A stretch of DNA of 64,000 nt, from contig OZ316776.1 of assembly GCA_973851085.1 (NCBI GenBank), positions 15,686,001 to 15,750,000 of the forward strand, given 5' to 3'. This DNA is from Ptychomitrium polyphyllum (Eukaryota). The notes under the pieces were generated by a model. That model ran no database searches. It saw nothing but the letters and a program-made list of their open reading frames with translations, and was not told the origin of the DNA. The position numbers and the translations under genes were made by a program. Positions 26,728 to 43,872 of this stretch are shown piece after piece. Each line of letters starts with the position of its first letter. Position 1 is the stretch's first letter.

Positions 26728-29700
26728 ATGGATGGTGAATCATCAACAAGGCTGCCTCCGATCCCTGAAAAAGAAAAGCGTCTCAGAGATCTGAGTAACG
26801 ATGGGGAAACGTTATTTGTCAACCGCGGGAAGCCAGTTTCCGCGAAATGGAAACCAGTGTGGATGTGGCTGCAATCTTTGGGCCAAACAAAAATTGTTGA
26901 CTCGACAGAGGTCAACGCTTGGCTAGAGAGCAACGCTGCTTACGCCACAGAGATGAAGCAGTTCCATAGTCACGGAGTTTTGGTACACTATGTTCAGAAG
27001 TGTCACCAGAGATTGGTTAATGGTCGGAATTACAAAGCAGAGGGCAAGAAGGTACACTTTTTAACAGAAGTGAGAGTTTTCCTACTTCTATGTTTTATGA
27101 TGTGATACAAACATGCTTTAATCGTGCAGCTTGTTTGATGGCAATGTCAAGAGAGGATAATATATTAATTTGTATAATTATCAATCAGTTAGATGTAAGT
27201 TCCTGAAGAATCCTTCCACCTCTTTGGAAATAAGATATACGTGGTTTTGTCCGTAGTTGTTCGTAAGTTGTTGCCGTAGTATACGGTTAGCATGGTTGCA
27301 TTTTGCGGGGTATTAGAATGTGAAGACTTCTCTCTTTGTATAGGTGAGGCGTTCTATGCTTATTTATTTTTTCACGGTTCTGGTCAACTTAATTGTTTTG
27401 GTTAAACTCTGGTGTTGGAGCTTTTTACTATTGTACTCGTCTCTCAATCAAGTTTACTTTAGGCACTTATGGGAATTGTCTTTGGGATTCAGTCACTCCC
27501 TGTCAAAAAACCCCTGGAGCGACGTGTAACTAATGAAATCCGGCTTCCAAATGGACGATTTGGCTCAAGAGTTAGAAGAGGAAGTACAGAAGAGAAACGG
27601 GAAGGCACCTACCAGCTTCATTGGAGTCAGCAACTGGTTCAGAATCTCTTACCACCAGAAAACGCGGCCAAGTATGATTTAGGTAATGCTGACTTTACAA
27701 ATCATGCAATCACTGCCTCCTATGTTTGTTGTCATACTTTTCAGTGCCTCCACTTTCAAAGTCCTCAATGTTTTTCGAACCAGGCTATGGTACGGATTTT
27801 CAACTACTTCGTGGAGTCTGAAGTGTGCGACCTCCTGTAGTACACTTCAGGGGGATAAACGGGCTATTGTTGCTGAGAATTAATCGCAACTAGATTGTTT
27901 GATACGTGCATAATCTTTTGGGAGAATTTCGAGTAGTTTGTTGGAGCTTGTCAAACGTGATTAGTGTCATGCGTCATTGCCAATTTGAAGCGCTTAGCTG
28001 AGGATGAGCACTTTTTGCAAATAAGCTGCGAGTTTTCCCAATTAATGAGTAGCATGGTACAATTAAGAAGTATGAGCAGTATTGAGATCATGCAAGATAA
28101 TGGCTCATGGCAACTTTGGAGTTTTAGGTTTCACTTCTCAGATAGTGTCCCCTGGTACAGACAAGGCAGAAGAAACTAGTAATCTCGATGCAGAAACATG
28201 GAGAAATCAGTGGCGAGTGCTTTTGGATAGCGAAAAGAGCAATAATAAGAAGACTAATACCGAGGTTTTAGAAATTCTGTACAAGACGATGTGAAATAGT
28301 TCAAGCTTCCACAAGAATGAGAAATTCTTTTCCAGATGTGTAATTATATGTATAAGTACTGAGACTTGGTCAGGGCTCATTGAAATCTTCCAAGAAAGTT
28401 CTGAGATTCAATTGACCGACACTTAGTTGATCACGACGGTTAATTTTTGAACTGCAATGTGGATGCATGGCCGCTTCTCAGGTGCATCTTAATGCGGAGT
28501 TGAAAGTGGGGAAGCCTCATGGAACCAGTCCACATCCAAGAAGGATGAAAAGGCCAAGGTCTTTTTACAGCCCAGGCATGAATTTTCCTCCTGCTTCAGT
28601 CCCTATAAACTTAGCACAGAAATCTTACTGCAAGTTACACTCCAAAGAAACTATTGAGCTGTATAGTACTTTGTCTTTGAGTCTCGAACTTTTTTTCTAT
28701 TGTAAATTTATTTGTCAAAGAATGTGACGTATCTAGGTTCTGTTCACAGAGTGTTTGTAGGCTTGTGAGACTTTATCAAGACCGACATGTTCTGCATACC
28801 AACCTTACTAATTGGGTGGTAGAAGAGCAAATGCTCAGAACATTTTGATTACAGGCCATTGCACACAAGCAAGGAGAAAGCAGCGAACCCAGTGGTGCTG
28901 GATAAAGTGGATGCATTGACCAAATTTGAGTTGTAAGTCCTCTAAGTTCTTGCTCAGCAGTGTGGACGTTCTGGATGGCCTGCATACATTGTTCCATAAC
29001 TCGGTTAAAATTCTTTTGGAACGTATTACTTATCAAAGTTCGTATAGTTTTATTAGATTTTAATATTTTGTTTTCTCCTACTGAAACCACGAATAGAATT
29101 CTAATGAGTGAAGAGGGAGTTATGCTGACGAGCAGCGTGAATCGTGACTTTGGGCAGGATCTTACAATTAGAGATGCGCCTGAAAGATACATTATCAAGA
29201 TGCAAAGGACAGACTTGTGACGGTCACGGAACAAGTATTGGGGAAAAGCTGAACCAAGCTGGTGTTCGAAAGACTCGAGGAGGTTCAGATTCACACACAC
29301 GTGCCTGGGCATTTTCTGAGGCATCCGTAGGTAATAGAAACACACGAAGATTCATGTCCGTTGTCACCTCTGTTCGATAATGCTCACGGTCCATGAGCTA
29401 ACGCTATTTGTTGGAACGCTCGGGTAGCTTGTTTGTGTCATGGTGGTTTCGCGCAGTGGAGATTACTGATTACAGTAACTACAATCATGATCAATCATCT
29501 TCAACTTGAAGCAATTCTGTATGTATGTTTAACCTCTTATTGCCTAAGCTAAAAACAGAATAAAATTTTGAATCTCCGTAATTGGAAAAAGGTACCTTCC
29601 TATTTTGTATCTCAATCATCTAATGTTGTTAAGCATCCTTGAGCTATGGAGGGACTACCTTTGAAAAAGAAGATTCGATAGAGATTCTAACATGATCCTC

Positions 29701-32700
29701 TTTGCGAGTTTTTGAGTAAATGCTTTATCTATTGAATGCACTCTCAAAACCCTATGTTGTTGCCATATATGTTTAGACAAAACTCATTTAGAATTGTTGA
29801 TCCAAAGAGTAGACAAAGCTTCTATCCAAGAATGCTATAAAACTTCCTTCTTTCTATTGGTATACAACATTGCCCTTTCCTAGAAGTTTTAACTGCTTCA
29901 TTTATGATCTAATGATATATGAGAATGGACAGATCTGTCCAAGTGGGCTTAGGGGTTAAGAATTTGGTGACTTGTAGAACACTTCAATATTTTAAGAAAT
30001 TTCAAGTATGTAAGCACTTCCATAGTGTTATCTGTATTGTTTCAGTTGAATGACTATGCAAGTGTAACCTCACTTTTATAATATGTAGTTGCAGGTTTTA
30101 TTGGAGGAACTGAGAATGCAGGAACAAGCATCGTTGAATCTTTGCGAGAGCGTGAGCAGGGTGCAAATTCAGGAACAGTTGCATATCGACCTAAAGAGGT
30201 CGGTATGCAAGGCAAACGATGGACTAGTGTCTTGAATGGTAGGTGGGTTTCATCAGATTTGTATTTTAACTGATAGACTTCACTAGTTGTGGGGTCATGG
30301 TCTTTGCATCTGAAAGTTGATTGTGATTTTGAGCTGCAATATGAAGCTTCTTTTCTTAGATAGCGTCTGCTCTAACCAGCGAAACAAGATATCTCCTCAG
30401 TACTTTCCTACGTTCACTGAATTATTTCGTAGTCTTCGTTTGTTTGCTGAAGCATCAAGTATTTGATTGATGCTCTAACATGCACCTAATGTTTTACGTA
30501 TGATATCCCTGTGTAGTTTATGTTTCTTTTGCTTAAGCTGTCTGGTTTCTTGTCACAAGAATTGTGTGCCTGCTTTATAACCGTTAAGCTTTTAACTGCA
30601 AGCATTTTTCTGCAGGTTGGGACTCGCTTGAGAAACAAAGACCAGGGTCCTCAAATTGGTTACAAAAGCGAGCGTACTCCTCGTGGATGCCAACCTGGTG
30701 TGCCTACACTTCCAGCAGTGCTATAGCTCAACCATTAGGTAGCACACTAATGGATGTAAGTAATACTGGATGCGATTTTGTCTACTAGCACCTCTGAAAT
30801 TAGAATTGCGCATTGAATATATTCTATGATGTTTAAGGTGCATATTGACGCACATTAGAGGATTGCTGTGACCTGTGCATAGTTTTTAAATTTTTTTTGT
30901 AATGTCCATATTGCTCATTTTCTGCTCTTATCCCGATTCTTGTGTCCCAACCGAGTCCCAACAGCCTACGTTATCTTTTGTTTGAATGCACTCTGTCATG
31001 ACTTCACCGTTCTTTTAATATTTCGTCGATACTTCTCATTCCAGTGCAAACAGAGGATTTTGAGTACGTATTGAACTTATCCTAGGACTTTAATATAGGA
31101 ACTGCCTCCTTTAAGTTTTTCTTACAGCCAATGATTTGAACGACGTGCACTTTTCACAATGTGGATCTGGATATTTTTCTCAGCAAGGTATCCAGAAAGT
31201 ACTCGATGTGAGGTTCCATCCTAGTGGAGAGCCTCTGTTAGCTGTGAGCTGCAACGAGGTGCGTCTACTTCCTCTACTGTTGTGTTCTAGAAGGAGACAT
31301 GGGCAGTATCATATAGTCCGATCTTCTCAGAAAAAGCCATGTCTGCAGATCCTGTAATCAATCGAAAACAACTGCTATCTTGCTTACCGTCTGGTTTTTG
31401 GCCAGTTTTTATATAGTAATAGATCTGCTTGTTATTAATAGCAGCCCCCTCATGAGTTATTGCTGTATAATCTTGAAAGTGGCCGCGGAAAAGAGTTGAT
31501 AGGGCACGATATCCAGGTATCTTCCTGATCCGCGGAGTTTTTCCTGCCTTTATAACTTCGTTGTAACTTTCTCGATGAAGTTCATGTGTTGCTGGAAGAA
31601 AATATCAAGTGATAGATGTTATCTGGCTTAATTTGAGCTGTTTCCTATTATCAACAGGAGTAACCTCTGGCAACTTTTATGATGTTCTTTCTCCAGATAC
31701 AGGCAGTTGAGTTTGCACTAGGAGGAGAAAGAGTTGTCTCATGCGCGAGCAATGTTGTCAAGGTACCGTTAATTTCTCTAGGTTGTCATAGCGAACATAG
31801 TACTTGATGAGGATATTTCACCGATAAGCCATTGAGAAGCTTTCTTTTGTTTGCCTGGACACTATTCATGACGGGATACATTCCCTTTTTAGTTTTTAAT
31901 TTTATGGCATTGGTGTTGCAGGTCTGGGAATCAAGATCTGGAATTTGTCTACATACCTTAGGGCCTGGATCAGATGATAGTACTCCAGGGCATACGAAGA
32001 AAATTAGTGCACTAGCTGTTAATGAACTCCAACCTTGTACGCACATCACCAGTATTTTTACACCAGTCTATTGCAAACTAGTGCAAGATCATTATTTTCT
32101 TTCTGTAGTTCATGTTTATTGTTTTATTTCCTCAGGTCGTGCTCCAATATCGAAGTATTTGTTCAATTAAATTTCATTTCTATTGCCTCAGCAGAATGAT
32201 CACAATTTTGGTTGTGATTTTAGGTCTTGCGGCCACTAGTGGAGGCGAAGGAGACAATCGGCTACTGCTTTGGAACGTATCAAGGGGGAAACTGGCTTCT
32301 GACATAAATGCTGCTTACAGGTTGGTGGCAAGTAATGGACCTGGTCGAAGTTCAAATAATCCGCTAGCCACTCCTTTCATATCATTGTCCGAATGTTAGT
32401 TATCAGATTCCCTTGCGGAGTGTGTTATCTTTGGGTGGTTTTTTCTATGTAGTCAGTGTGTCTAATAAACCAGCCAATTCTCAAGAGCTGATTGGATAAA
32501 TGGCATTCAAATGGGACCTCGTCAATCAATAGGAAATTCAGGTGTTGATAAATTGTTTATTATGTGGTGGCAGGCATGAACAAGCAGATCCTCTATCCAT
32601 GGACGCATTGAAATTCTGCAATGAGAAATATCTCGTTTGTGGAAGCGACTCACCAGGTGGCAAACCAGCAATTATGCAGATATGGGATATTGATGCCCAG

Positions 32701-34757
32701 ACTAACCTTGCAACATTCCCGGCACATGATACTGTACGATAAATTTTCCTATTTCTAGCTGGTTAGGCCATGGTATGTGGATGACTTATATCATGATAAG
32801 TTGTTGGCTCACCATTGGAACGGATTTCATGGTTTCGAAAGTTGTTCATACTCTCAGTCTGTTAGGGTGATCAAAATATTCTCTGAGATTCTGACCCATA
32901 GCATATGGTTGCAGTTTATAACGTGTCTGAATACCAATAGCTCTGGATCCAGTGTCATTACAGGTATTCCGAATTCGACCAAACTTGCCTTTATATCTAG
33001 TTATCATGGTGTTTTGTGAGTCGCTTGAGGTCTGTGTTTAGTAAGATGTCATTATTTTGGTGATGCATACTCCTGAAAATAGTTAGCTCTCAGATCATAG
33101 CAGTCGTTAAGCATAGGTAGTTTTGTTTTCTTAAGAAACAAACTTGGCATCTTCTTTCGTGTTAAATGGAAATGACCATTATTATTTGCATTTGAAACCA
33201 TCTTTTGTGATGCAAACTTCATATACATGATAGCAGGCTAGCACTAACATTATTGGGAGAGGTTGACGTTGTGGAGTAGGATCTGGAGATGGAAGTGTCA
33301 ACCTCTTTGATGTGAGGACTGGAGGGAATATTGTCAGATTGCCACTCAGTTCAACTTGGGAGGTTAGAGGAATTACAAGCTCTGGGATAATATTTGATAT
33401 GATGCTGTCTTTTGTGTATCTTATATACTATGCCTGGATGGCTTTCTAACTTTTAACCATACTAAGCCAGGCATTGTTAGGATGTTTTGGTTGGTTTTCT
33501 CAGATAGTGCTGCGTTGTGATTCATTTGTTACAGGTTCTGATTCTGTCTTTAGGTTTATTAAATGTACTTTAACAGGTTACATCAGTCTCATTCAGTTCA
33601 TGCGAAACATTTTTCCAAGCTTCATGCACCGGAAATTGCACCTTCATATGGGACACACGTATGATGCCCTTGAAGGCAGATTCCAGACGCATGACACAAC
33701 TTGCACCGCTGGCTAAGGAAACGTCAATTCGAGCTCTTCACCATTTAAGCCACGGCGATCCCATGCCAACAGCAGAAAATGCATTCCAAGTGCCTGGGTA
33801 CATTTATATTCCACATTCAGTTTCGACACAAATGCACTTGACGATTCATGGTGTGAGCTGGTGTTTAAACTTCCAAATCGAAGTAAGATTTCTAAGAAAA
33901 AATCCTGTAGCAGGTGTGTCGATGTTGGAGATCAAGGCGTGAATGATGCACGGTGGTTTCAGAATGACGCCATTCTTGTTACTGCAAGTGGCAATGGCAG
34001 GTGTGAACAGCTTGGAGTTGACTTCACAAGTTTTATCGAGATATTCATGCTACAGGTTTAGACTGAAGATTCTAGATTTTTCGGTGAAGTTTAATAACTA
34101 AATAATCTGCCCCACTTCTGCTTACCCTAACAGAATCAGCTTAATGTGTGCAGTGTTGCTATGTGGGATCCATCATTAGGGCAGCCTTGTGTGCAACAGA
34201 TTTTAAGTCATTCTCGTTGTATTAATACGGTATAATTCTTGACTTGGTTATATACTGCCAGCGGTTGATGCCGTTTAGATCGTGAATGTATTTCGAATGA
34301 TTATTCTCCAGGATTTTAAAGATTAATCGCGTCGATTAAAATTACAAAGATCACCTTCAAGCAACGCTGATCTTATGAACCACTTGATTGACTTCAGGTG
34401 GCTGTCTCACCGAAGGACCAATTCATATGCACAGGAGGCGATGATCAAAAAGTGGTAAGCTCCATTAATTTGTGTCTATCTGCAAAGACACTACTGGACA
34501 CAACTTTGAAAAGTGTCTATTCATCTGCTCACACTTGAGCTGTAAGAGGCACATTTGACTACAGTTTCTTCATTAAAAAATTTCCAGTACTCCATATTCA
34601 ATTATTTTGATGCCGCTTCATAAGTCACTCGTTCGTAATTTTGCAGGTATTATATCAAAATGTTCGACAACAGTCGTGTCCTCGTTGGCGATTAACACAT
34701 CCTTTATGTGATGACACCCGAGTAGCATCTACACCTGAAGAAACGTCAACACCCTGA
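26728..34757 (+). CDS. WD40-repeat protein with an uncharacterised N-terminal domain, about 16 exons
   Basis: Exon 1 MDGESSTRL..HYVQKCH. Later exons: QGIQKVLDVRFHPSGEP, LIGHDIQ|IQAVEF..VVK|VWES..GHTKKISALAVN, TSGGEGDNRLLLWN, IMQIWDI, GSGDGSVNLFDVRT, TASGNG|SVAMWDP, ICTGGDDQKV. Stop TGA 34755-34757. GT-AG phases are consistent where checked. Confidence 0.88.
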
Positions 34758-36612
34758 GAGGTGCAAGATTATTTTCAAATTGAACTTGCATAACTGGCTC
34801 TGTAAGAAGCTCGGACGAACTTTTGCCATTTAGAAGGAATGCCAGAAGTTTCTCTGTACCTGCTCTACTGGCACACATACAGAAAAATGTTACTCTAAAT
34901 CTCGCTGCAGCACCACGTTTCCACGGCTTTTACCGACCACTTCTATCTAGCAAAGAAGCAGGTATAGAATCTTGTCAATGAGCATCGAATTCAGTAATGA
35001 GCTGCAAAGGACTAACGACGGTACACCCAAGGTTTTGAGTATTTTTCTTGCTTCTCAAACAAAAGTAACAGGGTGTGAGAAGAAATTCATGTACCATGAA
35101 CACACCAGTTAACACGAATTTAAGGGCTGATTCGACTACATTATATATTGTAGATTTAAAGCAGTAAATTCTGGTGCCTCAACAAACCATCCTTTTGCGC
35201 AGAAAACAACAACAGTCGGGCAAATGCTAAACCTTTGAGGCAGGAAATTCCACAGAATTCCGGTCAATCAAATGAATACTCCAACCAGTAAATTTTTTAT
35301 TCATCGGCAACCCGGAAGACCTGCCATGGGAACTCAGAAGCAGTTACAGCTCAAAACAACTCAAAACTACCTGAACTTTTAGAATTCCTTATCAAGGAAT
35401 TGGATGTGGGATCCATAGTGGACAGTATGGCAATAATTTTTAGTTCTAGTATTTTCATGAGTGTCTTGAAATTACAGATTAAGGATGCTTTGATTTAACA
35501 ATAAAATAAACAAAACAACACAGCATCAAATTTTGTCGTACAATGTCCTTTCTCATCATGTCATTCATTCCATAATCACTAACAGTCGAAATGAGTTATT
35601 AATAATTGGATACTTTTACAAGCTGATCATAATATACCAAGAGTTGCTGGCCCGGGTTATCAGGTCCCCAGTGTGCGTGCGTGAACTTTGTCTGAATTCT
35701 GCAGAGATGGTCGATTCATTCGGACTAAATGGTCGATTCTCTTCATATCTCACTGGAAGGTTCGCGCTTCCGATTAGGAATGAATCACCAATAAAACACG
35801 ATCTCATCAACCTCCAGCTGTAACTGAATTATTTGCTGTATACGGAAACGTCTTTCGTGATAATGCTTAGAGATAATTTTTCAGATTTGCAGAAATCTGA
35901 ATGATTATCTTCAACCACCATTATGCTTGCAATTGGCAAGCACGACCTGATGTACCAGACAAGCCGTCGAAACTGACTCCCAGAACGCAGCACCTGACTT
36001 ATCCAACACGGCTTCCTCTAACATACCAGGCACATGAAAGTTGCTGCCACAAGCCAGAAATTGGCGACGTGAAGACACGATGCCCACAAGTACAGTTGAC
36101 TTTGTATCCCCATTTAATGCGCCCTTGTACCATTGTAAAATATCCATTATCTAAGTTCCTAAAACTTCCTATCTGCGTACATTGATGCCATGCACCAAGG
36201 CTAATACCACCAAGTCTAGATTCATTCCTAGCTCGCCCGTTTTGACTAGTTTTGACTAGTAACCTGTAACGCTCCATCTTCATTCTCACCGTCGACCGAT
36301 CCTATCGGAGCCTGCATGGCCTCCCTACTAAAATGTTTAATATTCTGCAAAATCTAGCGCCAAATCCAACGGAACTTAGAGTTAATATCTGGATGATACT
36401 GCTTCTGCGGATTCTCGAATTCTACCGTTTGCATATATAGTGCCTCCCTCTTGCCAGCATTCGGACTACCAACATAGCCCCATCGCTGCATTCTAGCCAG
36501 TGTCTTTCCTTGTTACTTCACTAATACCGATCGATATATCAGCAGCCAAGCCGGCCCTCAGTCATTTGTGTTGTGCATCAGGCAGAATCAAGAGATTTTG
36601 TTCCAGGCAGAT

Positions 36613-37704
36613 ATGGATTTGTCTATGCGCTTCACGGTGGTGGTTTTGATGATACTGGTTTCAAGATTTGCAAGCAGCGGTTTCTGCTTGAAACAGGACA
36701 TATATGCAGTGCCCTACGTTTATCCGTGCACTGGCACCCCTGGTTGTGCGTGGGATGTGTTCAAAAATGGTTCAACCTTGGTAATCATCAACCCAGACAG
36801 CGGCCCCGGAACCACATGTAACTCTGATTTTGCCAACCTCGTCAATAATACAGTAAAGTCTGGCACTTCCACAGTGAAGACTGTGGTGGGATATGTGTTA
36901 ACAAACTACGGCAACAGAAGCTCGTCACTAGTGCTGGCAGATATCGACAAGTATTACTCTTGTTACAAAGTAGATGGCATATTTTTGGATGAAGGAGCGA
37001 TTACCTGCGACAATGCAACGATCACCAAGTACAAATCCTATGATAGCCAAGTCAAAGCCAAGGGTGGATTAGCATACACGGTGCTCAACTGGGGTACCAA
37101 TGGCCCCGAATGCTACCTGAATAAAACAAACATCAACAGCTATGTCACCTTCGAAGGTGAGACCAATGTCCTAACACTTCACACACTCAAATAGTATTGC
37201 ACAGTGACGCGAAAAGGTCTGCGTGAGGTCTTATAGAAAACCCATACTTCAAGCCTCTCACTGTTGATGATAAAGTTTCTTAAAGCAATTGAATTTATGA
37301 CCTGATTTCAGTTTAAATGTCACTTGAAACATGGGCGTGAAATCTGAGCTAATAATGGGTTTGCTCCTTGAGTTGTAGAGTGCCTTTAGTATGTCCCTGG
37401 TTTTCTAGTAACATAAAACATCTATTAATTACGATGTTGTTTTGCTACTGCAGATTACTTCAGCAATTACACCAGCGCGGGTGCTCCAAGACCTTATATG
37501 AGTAGCTACAACTCCACAAGGTTCTGGGTCATTATGCACAGTGCGCCCAACAACGCAACTGCTGTGCAGTCAGCTGTGAGCTTATCCAAGACTCGAAACG
37601 TAGGGCATGTTTACATCACAAATGATATCTTACCAAACCCATATGACACTGCCCCAACTTCGACTGTATGGCAGGCAGAAAAGACAACTGCTTTCTCCGA
37701 CTAG
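36613..37704 (+). CDS. Secreted spherulin-4 (spherulation-specific family 4)/GH135-like glycoside hydrolase, 2 exons (36613-37156, 37454-37704)
   Basis: Signal-peptide-like N-terminus. Motifs AVPYVYP, IINPDSGPG, VVGYVLTNYGNR, ADIDKY, VDGIFLDE, VLNWGT, VTFE and GHVYITNDILPNPYD are typical of spherulin-4. Confidence 0.85.
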
Positions 37705-38692
37705 ATAACTGATTCGGCTACCGTCAGGCCTGCTCGGGTTCCTTCGGGAAACCCTGCTTTCTGTTTTCTCCTTGCATTCGGGCGTTTGATCTTTTGTCGG
37801 ATTTCTTTCTGCCTTCGGGTGTCTTCCGGAGTGTCTCTCCACTCTAGTTTGTTTCCTGCCCTTTGGGCGTTCTTTATGAATAAAGTCTCAACCGTTACGG
37901 GCTTCTCACTCGGTTACCGCATGTCCATTGTAGATCTCAAGAACTCTAAGCTGTAGTACTGATACAAGCAACTGCTAGTGCATTCTGCACTGTGTATCGC
38001 TCTGAGTTGTTCTGGTCACAACGATTGAAACTTGATAATTTTATCCTGCATTTTCTTATTTCCGTACCAAGGACTGGAAATTGACAAGATAGTCCCCACA
38101 TCTCACATAACCTCTCAAATGTTACAAGCAACACTAGTACCTGGAACATAATCAGGCCACTCCATGGGACTGCAATGCATGTAGATTGATGAGACGTGCT
38201 CACAAGACGTTCTGTAAATTCTGACAGTGAAATTAGTCACTAAGATGTATTTCTTGATATGAAATTCCATCTCCATCGTCATCTCGGACAGAAGCCACTC
38301 CATGGGAAGAGAATGCATTTGAAGCAACCGACCACCCCTCACATCCAAATCTCTAAGTTGGACAAATTTAACAATGATTCTGGCAACTGAATCAAGGTAC
38401 TACAACCCCTCAAGTTGAGCTTCCGTGGCCTCCTAAGGCAGCTAAAACATTCGCTAATATTTTGCAACTGGTTTTCATCTTAAAAACCGGCTTCTGTCAA
38501 GCTTTGAATTGGTCAAAGTCATTGCATAGTTCTTCCAATGGTATCCTAGCCTTGAGTAACTCTCAGCTTCTTCAGACAGATTGAAGTAATTTTTGAAGCA
38601 GACCATACTCAGAAATTGGCCTTGCTCAAAGTGATTAATAGCATCTCAGGTGATTTGCCGGAAACCGTATATGTTCTGTACTTGAATAAGGA

Positions 38693-41408
<2,716 letters not shown>

Positions 41409-42053
41409 GGCTGAAACTCTGGCTGCATACAGAAAACCTACTTCAAGTAAACGCCATCGAACTGTTCAACAAAAGGTGGTAATAACACTGACCCAAGGTA
41501 GTATCTTACGGGTATTAGCCGGTTACCAGGATAGGCCTGGTCGTTCCTTTCCAGAAATCTTTATAGATTGTGTGCTGAGGTTTAAGTTGCACATTTCGCC
41601 TTCGGAAAGGTGCATCGTGTGGGCTTGCAGTTGTATGATAGTACAAGTTTCTGTCAAGCAACTTCAGGCTTACTATCTTCGGATGTGAGGTTTATGTTCG
41701 CTGAGCTTGAGAATTGTTGTTGCGATCACACACAGGGTAAAGCGAGCAACCAGAGATGTTACACAGATGCTGAAAAATTGCAAACGATCACAACTGGATT
41801 TTTTGGCGCTTGCGCGTGGCTCTCGTGAGTGCATAGTATTCTCGTCCCTGGTCTTTTGTGTTGAAAGAATCATATTGGCGTTGTGTACACCTGCTAGTTC
41901 TATCACCTTCAACTGCGCGGATCCTCCTCTCACTTCTGCTGCATTGCATACTGCCTGGTTCGAATGATCAACGTGCAAACTTAGAGTTAGTGGGGAGGAT
42001 GGCTTGAATGCCTTACCTGGGGGGTTGGCGTAAGAGCACTTGGTGCAGGGGTG

Positions 42054-43872
42054 ATGGCTGCGACGGCTCTGAGCACAAGGAGGGGAATTCATTCCAATGA
42101 TTGGAAAAACCATTTTAGGGTTTGGGATGGGCGAAGCAGGCACGTGGAATTGGATTTTGGTCGAAGTTGGAGATCGCATCCTGTAGCGTTGAGGTTAAGA
42201 GAATTCACAGCGAGGAGCCCCTGGATTGAGAGGATAGAGTTTCACAAGGGTAGGGTAAGGAGAGAGACTCCAGCTGGGGCAAGCACAAATTGCAAACTAG
42301 ACGCGCCCTTGGGTGATTGTCCTATAAGCTTCAGCTATGGAAAAATGCTGAGTGAAGTGAGCAGTTGGGGCGTCGGTGGCCCGGCGAAGATGTTCGTGGA
42401 GGTCACAACACCCAGTGAAATGGCTTGCATTCTCAGGTTTACGGTTTACTCCTCCCTATATGTTGTGCATCAGAATTTGAGATGCTTGCTTGTGTAGATT
42501 GTAGCAAGAATTCCAGCTTTCTGTGCATGAAGATTAGCTCTATTAGCTCGTCTACCAACTTGTTGGAATGTTGGCAGGTATTGTACGAGCCACAATGTGC
42601 GGTGGTTTGTGGTTGGCAAAGGATCGAACTGTTTGTTTGACGACCGTGGTTTTGACGGTTGTGTGATACTTAACCGCATTGATTTTCTGGAGAATCTTGG
42701 GATGGGTCGGTATCGAGTAGGAAGTGGCTATGCATTTAATATGCTAGGAGTTCAATGTTCTCGAGAAGGGTTTTCTGGGCTTGAATTTGCTGGCGGAATA
42801 CCGGGTACTGTCGGTGGGGCAGTTTACATGAATGCGGGAGCTGATGGGCAGGTGTGAGTGAGTATTCGTTTTTCTTTCTGTTTTCTAGTCCATCAGAAGT
42901 TGTAGTCATTTGTATCTTTTATGTGGTAGATTGCAGGTTTCTCATGAGCATGTTTGTGACTCTGTTCATCCTAGATATGCAAAGGTTTCATCGTGTAAAC
43001 CTAGAAGCCATTATCCTTTCATAATGTGCATGTGGTACTCTCAATAGGAAACAGGAGACGTTTTACAGAAGGTGGAGATTATGACAACAAGTGGAGTTTC
43101 ATGTACAGTTTCTCGAGATGCAGGTGAACTGAAGTTCGAATACCGCACTTCTCCCTTTCAAAAGATGAGGGACTCAGCTGCTATTGTCGCCGCCACTTTT
43201 GAGTTACAACCGAACCTAGAATCAAAGCAAAGACAGCGCATGTATTTAGAGAGGTGTGAACATCTATAACTCGTGGATATCTAACAAAACAATATGATTG
43301 CACTTGCACTTCTGCATCTTCTACTGCTTTGTAGAATAACTTTGCTGGGCCATCGTCATAAAGTATTTCACTACAAACTTAAATTGTGTCTGGAAGTTCA
43401 CCGCATGTTGATCATGTCTGCTCTGCACTTGTATGAAAATTTCAGGCTTCTTTGTAGTGTTAGTGATATACTCTCTAGCGTACTGTAGTTCCATTGACTG
43501 TAATGAGTTTTTTAACTTTGACCTTTCAAAAGACACAGGTCTGCCTTTTGTTCTTACGGAGATTTACTTATTCCGTTCAGGCGGAAGAGGACACAGCCAG
43601 TGTCTGAAAGAAGTGCAGGTTGTGTATTCCGGAACCCAGGGGCGGGATGCCAGTCAGCTGGGGCTTTGATAGAGCAGGCTGGACTGAAAGGAGTGGCGAT
43701 TGGGGGAGCCAGGGTCTCTGAAAAGCACGCCAACTTTCTCATCAACAGGGGAGGCTCGAAGTCACATGATATACAGGCTCTTATTACGTTGATAAAGGAG
43801 CAGGTGTACAAAAGATTTGGCTTGTGGCTGCAAGACGAGGTCTTGTATGTCCCGTACAGTCAGGACGACTAG
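42054..43872 (+). CDS. murB: UDP-N-acetylenolpyruvoylglucosamine reductase (plastid peptidoglycan pathway), 4 exons with an N-terminal extension that may be a transit peptide
   Basis: Exons 42054-42436, 42578-42851, 43048-43253, 43581-43872. Motifs WGVGGPA, VGKGSNCLFDDRGFDG, GLEFAGGIPGTVGGAVYMNAGA, FEYRTS, SAGCVFRNP, VSEKHANFLIN. Confidence 0.95.

Noticed and set aside
28776..29345. 189-aa antisense ORF inside the WD40 intron
   Set aside because: Non-ATG start, no recognisable domain and non-protein-like composition.
30094..30238. WD40 exon open in a second frame (VLLEELRMQEQ..)
   Set aside because: No phase-0 upstream exon was found to use it, and short dual-open frames arise by chance.
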